Shown piece by piece: positions 1 to 13,649 of a DNA stretch of 64,000 nucleotides (the first letter of the stretch is position 1; the number at the start of each line of letters is the position of its first letter). The stretch lies in assembly GCA_026023565.1 (NCBI GenBank), contig JAPETS010000018.1, positions 124,001-188,000 of the forward strand. Reading direction: 5' to 3'. This stretch comes from Cirrosporium novae-zelandiae (Eukaryota). Below the pieces are notes generated by a model that saw only the letters and a program-made list of their open reading frames with translations, had not been told where the DNA came from and ran no database searches. The position numbers and the translations under genes are program-made.

Positions 1-416
1 GGCAACCAACAACGAACGCTATCAAACACCCTCTCCCCCCCTTCAAAAACCTCAACTAAGAAAGAACCTTCCCATTTACTCACTCACTCACTTCACAACC
101 GAGTTATTAATTATTAATTATTACTTACTAATTAGTTACCACTTTCTCTCTCTAAATATCTATAGAATATATCTTCAAACCATCATGTGGAATCTATGTA
201 TACTTCTCTACATCATCATCATCCTTACATGACTATTTAGTTCGCTGGCGGGTACATATATACATCTTGTTCGTCACTCAATATTGTAGATTAAACCTTA
301 CATTTCTATACACTATACATTATATAGAAAAAAAAAACAGGGTACAACTTACCAACCCAACTTCCAACCCTAACCCCCCCCCGTTCCCTACTCCCCATCC
401 CCACTAACTAACCCAT

Positions 417-3317
417 CTACCTAACAAAAATCCTACAAACCGCCTGTTTCTCCGCCTCGACAAACCCCCCACTCCCATCCCCAATAGCAACAGCCAAAGA
501 AGCAGGCGGATCCCGTAACTGATCGAATCCAGTAACGGTTGCGGAGGGGAGGAGGGAACAGAAGAATGTCGGACCGTTTGCGGCGGCCGTCATTAGGGTT
601 GTTCTTTCGTTGGAGTTTTTGGTGGCGGTGGTGGTGGTTTTGATCAAGGTGGCTAGAGTGCTTGGAATTGTGCTAGATGTGGATGTAGAAATGGATGTAG
701 AAGTGGGCGTGGATGCGGGAAGGATCTCTTCTCTATAGGAAGCGGAAAAGAAAGAGGAAGAGGAAGAATAATCTAAAAGGCCTAAAAAAGGCACACACGA
801 ATGATTAATATCAATTCAATCACATAAACCACCCTACCCCATCTCATCCTCTAATTAATTTTTTCAATACCCTATAAACAAACAATACAAAAAAAGGGAT
901 ATGTGGCCCTTACATAATCCACAAAACCCCAAACCAAAAAAAAACTCCCCTTCTCAACCCCAGAAAGCAAGCAGCAAGCATAAGGAAAATCTTAACTACA
1001 TACCAATACCAACCCCATGAACAGATTCAGTAACAGCAGCAGCCACAGCCACAGCCCCCCAAAAAATCATCATGACCGTAGCCAAAACCCCCAACGTCCG
1101 TACTTTACCCCTCGAATTCGAACCCAACCCTGAGGAGGAAGTTGAGGATGATGGCGCCAGCAACTTTAAAAGCGTAGACTCCTCCGAACCGATAACCGAG
1201 AATTTATGAGACCGATCCGAGTTCAACATGCGTCGGACCCAAATTCTTTTGGTCGCTATCCCTTTAACTGTAGCCTGCTCTTCCTCAATGCCATAGTTGT
1301 CCCTCGCAAGCGCTGACACTCCATCCTCAACCATATCAAAATCAATATCCCACCCCCCCTCATCCGTTTCCCCATCCAAATTCACACGACCATAAACTTG
1401 GGCGATCAAGCGTGCGGCAAGACTGAGCCCAAAAAAGACAGTCGAGATTAAGAATATGAGAAAAGGAGTTGGGATGCGAGTTTCTCGTCCTAAGGTACCT
1501 TCGTGCAATGAGTGGACGAAGGATGTCTTAATTTCGGGAGCGGATGTGCATGATGGATTTTGCACAGGCGTTCCCAGAGTCATGAGTGGGAGGACTGGGG
1601 TTCTGGGCCGAATAAGTTCGTAGCATGCTGGGCAGGTTGAAGGATGTCCAATTGTCAGAAAGGCGGTAACTGCTTGCCATGGACTGATGGAGGAAGTTAT
1701 GGTCTGAGGGGTAGGTGTGTAAGGTATACTAGAGTCTATGGATGATAAAACGGGTGTAGTGGGAAAGACAAATCCAGAGCCTGCTGAACAGGTTGGCGGT
1801 GTTGCAGTTTCTTTCAAGGCGGCGCTTGGGGTAATGAGATAGCCTAGTAAAACTGTAAAGAGGGCTATGGAGGTATTTGATAGAAGTCGTTTTGAGCGGC
1901 CTAATTTCCTACCACTATTGCTGTTAGTATTGTCGTTATTGTCGCTATCGCTTCTATGACGATTTTCGGAATGATTAATCTCTTCACCTCCATTTTCCGC
2001 AGCATGGAGGCATATAGGTTGAACCATGGAGTCAAGTAGCATCTTAGTCTTGTTAACCCCTTGTGAAAATTTAGGAATATCTGCTTTGGGCAAGCCAACA
2101 CTGACGCGGTTTGGCTTAACAAAACGGAGAACCATAAAACCCATTACCAGCCTCAATACTGCCTGTGGAGAAAGAAAATAATAACTCGTGGATGTAATTC
2201 CTTCCATCTTCGTTGTTGCAGAGGCAGCAAAAGCCGGAGAGACAAAAAAGTTCGACATTATAAGTACTATCGTAAGTATTACTAGCGAAAATTGCAAACG
2301 CGATGCTGGTGGGTTAAACACAAGATTCCCAGGAGCTCCGCCGCGAAGTCGTAGAAACTGATATAGAGAAATAAATAATTCACTCGCTCCATTGTGCATG
2401 ACGATGCAGGATCCTGCGACACCTCCAGCTTCACCGAGAATAAATTCTTGTACGCCAGGTTCTCTAGGAGCTCCAAACATTGGTATTGATGATATTCCTG
2501 AACTCTGTTTTCCGACTGTAGCAGACAAAGCGGGGGGTATCCAACTTGTCATCGTTAGTAGGATTAGCATCCAAGCCCGAAGTGTTAGGAGGGTTGGTCG
2601 TAAGTTTCGCGCAGTTGCTACTGAGAGAGTCCAATTGTGTAGAATCATATATTCAAGCACGTATGACGATACTGCTAATAGCTCACTCGTTGAAATAGTT
2701 GACTGGCTAATTCCTACATGAACGACACCGGCTGAACTATTGGCTGTGCATATTGAATCCACGATACCAGAGGTATTAATATCATAGCCGCCATTAAGAA
2801 TCTCGACTAGATCTCGTTCGTCGCTATTTGCAGCTATTGCTTCCATAAAGCTTGGCCGTATAGCGTCTCTTATATCTAGTGAATCTGCAATGGTAGAGAT
2901 CGCTCCAAATTCCGGCAGAGCTGTAGCAGACACAACAAAACCAAGGACGATGATCCCTGCAGGAACCCATGTCCATAATCTAAAGCAAATTTGTAGTGGG
3001 GGGGTTGCAGCAGACTGAATAACAGAAGGGTCCTGAGGTGGCTCGAAATTTCCGGGCAAGGATCGATTGGCAATACCTGTTACAGGAATCGAATCTGCAA
3101 TGATTTCTGTTCCCTGGGTGGAATTAAAGAATGTTATTCTGAGGGTTATCAATGCCAGAAGAAAATAAAACGAGAGCCCAAGAGGCCGAGGGATAGGACC
3201 GTCACCAGTAAATGTAATTAGGCTATCTCGTGGCCTCATGGTTGAATATATTGCTACCGTTGTATTCACTGTAGAAGCGGCTACTATAGTCGGCATAACT
3301 GATAGCATAATAGCCAT
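417..3317 (-). CDS. Orphan secreted/membrane protein with ~8 repeated signal-peptide-like hydrophobic segments (putative polyprotein); 2 exons
   Basis: ORF 996..3440, first in-frame ATG at 3317 (MAIMLSVMPTIVAAS). Donor GTATGT at 1003 and acceptor TAG at 782 (alternative 773) join it in frame (phase 1) to the S/T-rich ORF 417..794. No known family recognised. Confidence 0.7.
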
Positions 3318-4580
3318 AATGATAAGTTTCCGCTGAAGATGAATGAAGAACAATGGGGTTCGGAAAGGCTTCTTATCGAGGTGAAATTCTGTAGTGGCAC
3401 AATAGGTAGCGACATATGAACATTCATAGAGAAGGTGCAATAATGGGTATTGAGGAAATCAATAATAGAAAATGCAATTATGAAGTAGATGATGTTTTGC
3501 TTGAATATCTTCGCAGGAATTCAAATACGAGACCAAATCTAGTAGGTAGTTATAAAAGACTTGCTCAGCAAGTAGAGAGTAAGACAGATAAAACGGGTAA
3601 GTGTGAGAACAAAACAAGAGAAACAGCATCAATTTATGAAATTGCTGACTGGAAGTGAAATGATAGTCATGCCATTAGGAGTGACAATTCTTTGATATAG
3701 CCACTGTCGGGCGATGAAGACGAGAAAATTAATTCCCTTAATTTGCGTACTGTACAAATGAAACTTCACCTAGCTACGACCAAGAGTTTTGAGTGGATGG
3801 CAAGTTGAACGGCGAGTTGGGCGGCGAATTTATAAGGTTAAGTGAATAGAACACCATATCTTCCACAAACCCATTGATCTTTTAAGTAAGTCTTTTAAGA
3901 TTATCTCTATCAATTATGTGAATGACGAATTCAAGAGTGCACATAGCCCTAGATGTTCCTGAGGACGTGTCATTAGCAAAGTGCGTTTCAAGTATTTGGT
4001 GACTGACTGTCTCAGGGCTCTTTCAAAGGAACGAGGAAAGATGTATATGATTCTTTGCTCATAGTCTCTCATCAATCCCTAGTACCCACCTTATCGACAA
4101 GGTGCCATGCATTTTCCCAAACTTGGGTTGTTGTAACAACCTAATCTGCAGGTACATGTAGACTCCCAGAGGCGTTTCGGGAGAACTGATCCTTGACCAA
4201 TGATCTCGTATCTAATTAGTTGATAGATGGGTCCATCACCCATGTAGCTACAGCATTCCGAAAATCGAAAATCAAAAATCGTCCAAGAATTCAGGTAATT
4301 AGCTGTCCGAACTTGCTAATCACTATCATGTAGAAGTTTATATATCACTTATGCTATCTCAAGAGTGGTGGCAGACTTGACGATGCACCTTCAATCTCAC
4401 GCCGTGGTAAATGAACGCCCCTATGTTAGCTTCCATATGCTTACAAAGATTCAGTAATGCTGCCATCTCAAACACCTCAAACAAAACGCCTTTCCCAACC
4501 AGGCATCGTTAGCCCGAACTCGTACAAGTAGAAATGCATCAATTAACTCCAATCAACTGTTATCAAAGTTGGCTTGGTCA

Positions 4581-6128
4581 TTAACGCTCTCGTCTCCCTT
4601 TTCTGCCTCCGCTAGAGGCACTTCCTGGACTACTAGCAACACCGGCACCGGCACCTCCACCCCCGTATACATGTCTCACCCCATCCATTTTCCCACTCCT
4701 TCCATCTCCATTGATCCTAACATGTAATCCTTTTGTTCCTCTTCTATGTCTCTTGCTCCCGTAATCCTCGTAACCATCAGGTGGCAATGGTGCTGGAGGA
4801 GGTGGAGATGGCCCCAGATGTGTAAATGCGAAAGGTTGTGGAGGAATAGTGCCATATGGTGTAGGGTTGCCATAACTATAATCATACATTGAATGATGGG
4901 AATGCCGACGGGGCGTTGGAGAATCATCCGTCAAAGGTGGAGACGGGGCTTCCGGGGGGTAGGAATTGTTTGGAGGTGAATAGGGTGGGGTTGGTGCTGG
5001 AGCACGTGTTGCCTTGCGAGATCGAGACTTGGCTTTGGGACTGGGAGACGTGTCGGACAGAGTCGAGTTGGAAGAGGAAGAGGGGGGACGCGAATGTGAG
5101 CGAGATCGATCCCGACTGCTGCTTGTATGGTAGGTGTGGGAATGATGAACGCGAGGACGCGACCTATTAGACGAAACATGTCGGAAAAATCCTGATAGTT
5201 GGTCTGGGAGACTACTCCGGCGTGGATGATGAGGTTTTGAACGGTACCGTGGTTGGGACGACGGTGTATGCTTAGACTCCGCGCCTCGCTCAGCATCCGA
5301 TGGCGACCAGCTTGTGTGCTTGCTTCTTGGAGGATGTGCAGAGATCGGCCTCCGATGGCTGGGCTGAGGAAAGTGCCGAAAGAATGGTGGTTGATTGTAC
5401 GGAGATGGAGACGCGGGGTCAACAGAAATAGAAGGACGAGGAGAGTTATTCGGACCGAACCATTCAGGTGGACTTGCAGGAGAAAATGCCCTTGTCGGGG
5501 AGAATGAGCTCTCAGCTTCATTTTCCAACCGATCCAACATTTGGTCATGCCATTTAGTCATGACCTCATCCGGTTGAGTAGGAAAGACCTCCGTGGGAAT
5601 TGATTTAGGGAACCTTTGCCCAGTCATTGGATTTGTGATATCATATTGTTTCACCGCCTCTTGCATCAACGGAATATGCTCCTCTGGGCATAGTAGCAGT
5701 TGGATGGTCTGCCATCGTGCGAATCCCGAAGGGAGTAGAGAGGGGATTGAAGGTGGAGCACGAGGATCAGAGGTAGGTTGCAACGAATGAAAGCATCCAA
5801 GAGATTGGTATATGAAGGAGAGAGAGGAATGTGGGGTTTTGAGGAAGAGAGCATCATAGTTTCCACCGACGGTATGATAGAAGTTAGCTAGCTTCTCTGG
5901 GGAGAGTCCATGGACCGAGCGTGGTTCCAAAGTGCGATTCTAGAAGAACATTAGTGAGATCTGACATTATTACGACGAGCGTTCCACGGGAATAAAAGAG
6001 TGACATACGAGCGCTCTGGCTAGTCCAAGAAGTAGCTGTTCAAATTTGGGAGATGCGCTTTTGTCTGGTTGTATAACATATTCCCAGAAATCAGGCGAAT
6101 CTGGGGAATCCCGAGCGTCACTATGCAT
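4581..6128 (-). CDS. Conserved fungal protein, N-terminal DUF7514-like domain plus Pro/Ser/Arg-rich disordered tail
   Basis: Exon 1 6128-6009 (MHSD...FWEYVIQPDKSASPKFEQLLLGLA), intron 6008-5940 (GTATGT..TAG), exon 2 in frame with ORF 4581..5930 (LSPEKLANFY..GCFHSLQP..GFARWQTIQLLLCPEEH). Confidence 0.75.
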
Positions 6129-7039
6129 ATCGTCAATTCAAATATTGAAGAATGAAGGAGGATCAGACGGAAGGGATATATGGGAGATATATATGGATAG
6201 TTTATGAGTAAAAGAGTGAAAGTAAATGAAGCTTTGTGTTGAAATGCTGTTGGGATATAACAGCTCTATCCTGTTTCCGAGGGCGGATGACAAGTTGTAG
6301 GCAAGATTGTCGGTTGGATTGATAGGGCATCATGGTTGGAATCATTGGCATCATTTGCGAGAAATGCTGATGATGTTGGACTGGCTGGGCTGGTTGGATT
6401 GTGACTTGTTCTCCCACACCCCCTCCTAAAATGCTTTAGGTTGTCTCTAATTGATCCTGATCCACCACACCGCCTGACCTAATCCGAAACAAGGATAGCT
6501 ACCGCCCTCAGGAACCAGCATGACCCCATGTGAGTATTGACAATCAAATTTCCAAACATTGCCGCAAGAGATACCAACTTAGGTACCTGGTTAACTTAAA
6601 TATAATCAAGCCAGCCGCTCGTACTTTCGAGAGTAAGGTCACTAATGTTAAGCTATTTACCTTCTGGTGCCTGGCATCGGACATTTTCTCGAGGCAACAA
6701 CCAAACATTCACCACTCACGATAAAGACTATCCCACCACCCACCACCGCTGAACATTGCCTGAGCCTCATTCAGCAGCCAACTTATCCAGGCAGTGCCAG
6801 GCAACTATTCATAGCCTAACTAGGCTTTCCCTTTGTTTATACCATCATGATTGTATTGGCTATTGTTTCGTCTTTAACACAGAGATCAGAATTCAGAATC
6901 ATCATGCATATCAATCACCCTTTCTTATCAGTCATGACTTGCTACTAGTCTTACACCCTTGATCTTGCACCCAACACCAGCCGCCCATCCTTTGTATCAG
7001 CCTTCATCCTTCTCTCACCTTCTAATTCTAACCATGCGT

Positions 7040-7989
7040 TTATTCCTTTTTCGCATACAGTGGAACATCATTATTCGTAATTTTTTTCACAAACTCTAGA
7101 TCTGGATCATTGAGCAGCACATGGAAATGGTCCGGTCCCTTGACCGATTGAATCTCTCCCCAGTTCCTGAACCAAGCAACATCTCCACGTTTTGATATTG
7201 GTTCATTGTTAGTAGGTTGTGCCAGGTTTCGTCCACATCCCCACGACTTGGGCATTTTGGCCACATCTCTCAAAATTGGAGTATCCTTCTTTGGCGCTGT
7301 TGAGGGGAACGTCTTCGCTACGAATCTATCGATTACCCTCTTGACTTGTGGAGAAAGATCATCTGGAATAAGGGTGTCGGGATTGATCGTTAACTTGAAT
7401 TTAGTCCATACCGTGAGGTGAACAATCTTTTCGGCGAGACCATATGGCCAATCATTGATAATAATTTTGTAGTCACCTTGAAGAATAAGTAATTGTCTGT
7501 GGTACTTGGTAGAACATTCCACAATGCTAGAAGGGGAAGCGTACTGGGTTCGGCAAACGCAACTTTTCCTTTGGGTTTCAAGTCATTCTCCCAGTGTAAA
7601 CGTTCTTTGATCATATAATTCTCTACTGATCCGTATTTTTTCATCACATCATACTTGAACTTGAGGTACCGCCTAAGATCCGAAGGGACCCGATGGAACA
7701 TATCATATCGTTTCGTATCTAAACAATAGCAACACCAATGAGCTTCTTGTTCATGTTGATCAATGGGGCACCAAAAAATCTACTTGCACATACAAATCAT
7801 TAATTTGGTTTCAGCCCAATCATTATGTCGGTAATCCTTGTCCTCCTTACTCAGGATAGCAATATCTCGGTCGCTCAAGTTTCGTAAATATTCAGGACAC
7901 TCTTCAACCGACTCCCCTTTAGGCACATTAACTTCCCAGTATGGTGCCAACTTGGCTGGGACAGGCAGGTTGTCGGTGACAGTAGCCAT
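7040..7989 (-). CDS. GIG1: N-acetylglucosamine-induced protein 1-like (DUF3605)
   Basis: Three exons from ORFs 7780..8001, 7390..7701 and 7040..7522; motifs YWEVNVP, RVPSDLRRY, INDWPYG, WFRNW, HFHVL. Confidence 0.8.
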
Positions 7990-8827
7990 GATGAATTGCA
8001 ATGAATCTTATCTTGCTGCTCTGGTCGCTTGCGGGTTTTGCTAAAAGCCATATATTTTAGTTCAGGTAAATATGCTCCCACGGCTCTACGTCGCAATATA
8101 ATACATATATCTACTAAGAAAGTATCTACTAGCGGCATCGGCGATGATTCAGTTGATATGGGGTGATTGTATAGATATCTGCCCCACCATCTGATGATAG
8201 AACAGGTGCGGGATTTGAAAAAGCTAAGGTTGAGGGGATCTGATTGTTGATTGCTGATCCTAATAGTTCCAATTGATCGGCCTCCGGGTTTAATGTCTTA
8301 GTTACGGCGGTTACCGTTCAGCCAGAATCGTCGGCAGAATCTCCAGTCTGCCTCTGGGAATGAAATCCGCGGGATTAAATATCATATTGTGGTACCGGTT
8401 AAACTGCTCCATTTTGCTCATCCCACCAATTCAAGTCGACGTAGAGGCCATCATGGTGGTCATGATCTTTGCCACTGTGTCGTGATTTGTTATTTTTATG
8501 TGATAGTCTAATCCTAGACCTAGAGAAATTTCTTAATTGATTTATGCATTAGGGCTTATGAGACACTTCAGTACTTTGATCATTGGATTCCATCAACTCC
8601 AAATGCCACCAAAGCACCCAAACGTATCAAAGAAAAAAGAGCAATCTGTCTGTATTTTTTGTTTCATCGTAAATTATGACGTATTCGCGTATCGGTGAGC
8701 GACGATAGCTATCTGCATGTCGGCCGAGACAATCCAGTAACTGGAATAATTTTCTCTAAAGGAGAATACTCGGCCTATAACTCGACAACACGATAACACC
8801 ATCTGCTCATCCCTTAGCAATACAGTA

Positions 8828-10781
8828 TTACCGCCCCAGCCTAATAACTCCGGCAGCAATCAACTTTTGAATCTTGCTACGAATCCCTGCGTTCCTCATA
8901 TGCTCTTGTAATGCCGCTGGATCGCTCTTCGCTTGCTGGAGGATACTCTGCATGACTGGGTCTTGTATAATGCTGACAATCTAATATTAAGTAAGCATTA
9001 GCAACCTCCTCGGACAATCAAGATCCACTATCAAAGCTTACCTCTGGATCTCGCTGTATCCTTTCCATTGTCTGCTCTTCTGTCTCTCCTTCTCTTGCGG
9101 CAAATTGAGCTTGAAGGGCTTTCTGTTGTTGCTGCTCGATTTCATGAGCATTCGAGCCATCATCGTGATGCGTGGCTTCCTCGCAAGCATCCAGACATTT
9201 GTTGTATTCCTTCATGGCAAAGTATGCTTGGGCCTTTCTTAAATGTGCCCGGATGAACTTAGGATCACGTTTGATTGCTTCGTCACAATCATGGACAGCA
9301 CTTGGAAAGGTCATGAGCTTGATCAAAGCAGCAGCACGGTTGCTGTAACCTCTAGGATCAGTAGGAGCCCTCTTGATCATCTCACTATAGGCCTCGACAG
9401 CGCCAGGCCAATCAGCTTCCTTGAATTTCTGATTCCCGAGCTCTCGTGCCTTTTCTGCCTCCTCTGGGTTGATATAAGCTTCTGTTTCAGCCTTGATCTT
9501 GGCTTTCTCGGCAGCGCGCAACTTGCTGAGGGTATCAGGTGTGCGGTGTTCAGTAAGGGACTTTTGATAGTTTTCAATGGCTTTATCGGGTTCACCCAGC
9601 TTCTCATATGCTGTACCAATACGTCCAAACGCCCTAGAAGCTGTCAGTATTATGGATGACCAAAATTATATATGAGGCCTACTTTGCAATAATCTTAAAG
9701 TCTGCTAGTATGGCCCTACCCTCGGTAATGGCTTTCTCACATGCTTCGATTGCACCTTGGTAATCTCCCTTTTCAAACTTTGCAGCTCCGAGGTTGGTCA
9801 AATAAGTAATATCTTGGTGTAATTCCCAAGCCTTGTTATAGTGTTCAATGGCCTCATCAAATTGACGCTTTTTATATGAATCATTTCCAAGCTTCTTCTC
9901 AGCGTCAGCTTCTTCCTTGGCCTTTCGTTTTGCAATTGCTTCTTCATCCTCGGGCTCAGGTTCTAGCTCAGGTTCCGGAGCTTTAGGAGGTTCTTCGGTC
10001 TTAGAATACGGAGGAGGTGCATCTGTCATGGGTGTATCTTCTTTGGCTTCAGTTGGGGCGGATGCTTCCCCACCGGGTGGGTTCGCAAATGACATGTCAA
10101 TCCCCAGTAGCACGCTCATGACCTGCAAAAACCTAGGATCTCTCATTTCTTCGCCAACTGCATTAGGATTATCTTTGAGCCTCTGTAACTTGGCCACAAA
10201 TGTTGGGTCTGCCAGTAGAGCAGCGGTCTTGGGATTATTGGCAAGTTTCTGAAGCATCTGCGGATCGTTGAACATATTGCCTAGACCCCCCATAGGATCA
10301 CCTGTTACACCGTCTTGTCGTGCCTCATTTTCAATTGCACGCTTGACAGCCTCCAAACCATTCTTCGCCTGGGCATTGTTAGGATCGAGTTCCAGAGCTT
10401 CCTCATAAGCATCATTGGCCCCAACTGATGACACCGATCAGCTTAGTTTCATAGATTGTAGACTTTTATACCATACCAAGATCGCCTTGACCATGAAGGG
10501 CAGCTCCTTTTCTACCCCACCCCTTGGGCCAGTCTGGTTTGATCTCAGTTACCTTCTGAGCATCTTCCAAAGCTTTGTTGAAGTTCTTCTGTGAAGCATA
10601 GGCGCCTGATCGGTTGGAGTAAAGGACGTGATTTTGGGGGTCAATTTCGATAGCTTTAGAAAATAGCTCACTTCGTTTTGTTAGCGGTTTCCAAGAAATA
10701 AATAGGACCTGCTTACACAGCTTTGTCAAAGTCTTTGGCTATAAAGGCCTTGTTGCCTTCGGCTTTTAAAACTTCAGCCAT
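8828..10781 (-). CDS. STI1: Hsp70/Hsp90 co-chaperone Sti1/Hop (TPR1-DP1-TPR2A-TPR2B-DP2)
   Basis: Start MAEVLKAEGNKAF at 10781; TPR motifs LYSNRSGAYA, KGWGRKGAA, GYSNRAAALIKL; DP repeats; C-terminus LIAAGVIRLGR with TAA at 8828; multiple introns. Confidence 0.97.
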
Positions 10782-10946
10782 GGGAAAGATATTTGTGAAA
10801 GTCTTATTGTCAAAAATCAGAAGTCAAGTTTCAAGTTCTTGTTGAAATAGACAAGTAACAGTTTCTCAACTGTCTATTCTAACAATTTAAAAATGTTACA
10901 GTTCTGTAGGGCCGAGCAGCTCTGTATATAGATCTATTCCTTCAAA

Positions 10947-10959
10947 TTCTAGAAATTTC
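10947..10959. promoter_or_regulatory. Heat-shock element (Hsf1 site) upstream of STI1
   Basis: Perfect three-unit TTCtaGAAatTTC, ~170 bp upstream of the STI1 ATG and adjacent to TATATA at 10925-10930. Confidence 0.85.
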
Positions 10960-11440
10960 CCAGCCCCTCGGCGCCTTCCCCGCCGCTTAACATTAGCCAA
11001 TAACCTCGCTTACCTAACAAGAGATTCACATTTCATGTTTGCCTGTTAGGATGGACGAATATACATAGTACAATATCCAAAGTAGAGAGTACTCTATGGG
11101 AATATAATCCTCTCTATAATCTTCTATAGCTTGGCTACCTGTCTGCCCTACCTGCCCTGCCTGTGCCTGACATTGATGGTCGAAGAATACTCGTATCATT
11201 ACAAACAAACATGTGGGAAGTCTTAGCGCTGTAATATTTAACTTTACTTTCGTTTTGCCCCGCGTAAAATTACCCTGACGTCCCTGACTCTTCACTCCAT
11301 TTAATTCACCATGGAAGCTTCTAACCTTGCAATACTGCCCTAATAATTTTCTCCAGTTCCATTCTCCTCTCAATTCGTCCCTCCAAGCTTCCCACCAGCT
11401 TGTCCATACTCCGCCGACTTCATTACCTCGATTTGTCGAC

Positions 11441-12576
11441 ATGGCGACCACTTCCACCAGCGATGAAGCTAAGGACCTGAAAATACTTCAAGACGAGCTC
11501 TATGCGCGTTGCAACCAAGAACCACCAGATCACCTCTTCGACCAGAAGGAACTTTTAAGCTTCGATATCATTCCTTCCGGAGACCTTATGATCTTAGTCA
11601 AGGTTATCAATGCTCTAGTGAACCATGATCTATTTCGTGTCTTTAAGAAAGATGGTCAGGCCCTCTGGAAGCTTGTCAAGAAGGAGGATGCTGCAAAGTA
11701 GGAAATCACATCAAAAAAATTGGTTAATTTCCAATTCATACACCTAATTCTGACATTTTGGCTAGGCTTCGGGTTCTCACTCGTGATGAAAAATTGGTGT
11801 ATCAACAGGTCGAAGGTTCTGGCCACGAGGGAATTTGGACCAAAACAGTAAAAGACAAGACCTCTCTTCACCAATCTGTTGTCACAAAATGCATCAGAAG
11901 TCTTGAATCGAAAGGACATATCAAGCGTATCCGTAGCGTGAAGTCTCCCAACAAGATTATATACATTCTATCTTCGATACAGGCATCCGAAGATGTCACT
12001 GGCGGGGCCTGGTACACGGATGGAGTACTTGATATAGAGTTCATCAATAGGTTGATGGATGCAATAGAAAAATATATCGAAGAACGAAGTTGGATGCCTG
12101 TGAAGTCCAAAAAGCGGAAGGTAGACGATATGCGGGCCGTACATTTCCAGTCTCGTAATATCCCTCCCCCCCCTGTCGCAGTCAATCCAAAATACACGAC
12201 GAGAACAACTGGCTGGGCTCCTTACCCCCCATCTTATAATGGCTACCCTACATGTCTCGAAATTACACGCGGCATCAATAAGATGGCCATCGCACACGTT
12301 AAAATGTCGGAAAAGGAGGTCGCAACTCTTATCCAAACCTTAATATATGATGGTCGAGTTGTCAAAGTCAACGCCACTAATGATATTGAGTCGAAAAATG
12401 TCAGATACAAAACCGCACATAAACCCTCTCTCATTGCTGGCGATGGACTTCCCCACAATGCCATGACCGAGGCTCCGTGTGCGGCCTGCCCAAAACGAGA
12501 TGTATGCGGCGATGATGGACCAGTCAACCCTCGAAACTGTGAATATTTCCAAGAGTGGCTGAAATTAGAATTTTAA
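11441..12576 (+). CDS. RPC34: RNA polymerase III subunit C34
   Basis: MATTSTS at 11441, intron at ~11698-11766; motifs GIWTKTVK, SEDVTGGAWYTDG, C-terminal Fe-S cysteines PCAACP..C..VNPRNCEYFQEWL. Confidence 0.95.
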
Positions 12577-13649
12577 CTGGTCTACCTATTTATCTAGAAC
12601 GCGGGATTGGAGTATTTTTGACATTTTGCATAGCATGGGCGTTTGGGGATGAGCCTCCCCCAATACTTGGTTTCTTGGGAGATCTAGATACTTTGGTATG
12701 AGCATGATTAGGAAGGAGCATGACCAAGGGATTTCGTGCTACTATGATACCCATAAGGGAAAAAAGGAAAAATCTGTACAGGACTTTGGGGGGGTCTTTG
12801 TCTTATAGGACAGCAGAATATGTTGGCCGTGTGAATTGATACAGTCAGTCATCCAATCAATTGATGAAACACCATTCCACTCATGCTCTTTGAGCAATAT
12901 TTAAACTTCATAAACCCTCATTATCTCATTTCGCGAGAGTATAGCTGTCTACAGCATATAGGCTAATCTTTTGAATGCTACAATCTCGTCAAATCGTCAA
13001 CTTATGAATAGGAAAGCATCCGAGAAAGCCATTAACAGGATACTCTCAGCCCAAAAAAACGACCTACCAAATCCGAATGCTCCATCATCATTCCAACATG
13101 ACAGAAATCCCTTCAAATCCGAGAAACATAAACAGATTTTACAACTATGCTTATAAACTCTACGACAATGTCATGATTCCTTCCCATTTACTGATATGTA
13201 GCTCAACCCAAACCTAGGAAAAGCTCCCAAGACGTTGAGTCCACGTCCTCTGAGTACAGGATATCATGAAGAAGCTCGCTACAGTAGCAAACTAGATAAG
13301 ACAAAATTTTCAGTCTAGATGACGTTACTTTTTTTCATTCACTAGGATATGTTTTAGGTCATTACGACCAGGCACGTACATGGGGAATAAGTCCATAATC
13401 CTACATATCTACATTTTTCAACGCAGTCATACCCAAGTACCAGTGAAGAAAAAAAGAATCTAAGTGAATCAAATTGACTCTGGGTTAGGAGATTTCCAGC
13501 ATAGCTTTTAGGTTGGGCTCCCATTGTGAACGCTGCTTTCCTTTTTTTCTGTCTTCAGTCTCCCATTATCGGCCTTTGTGGCCATTTCTTCAATGTGGAG
13601 AAATAATTATTCCTAATGGCTATACAGATATCAAGCCTACAATTATTAA

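Noticed and set aside
340..420. CCCTAA-like telomeric words
   Set aside because: Isolated and degenerate; part of C/A-rich low-complexity sequence, not an array.
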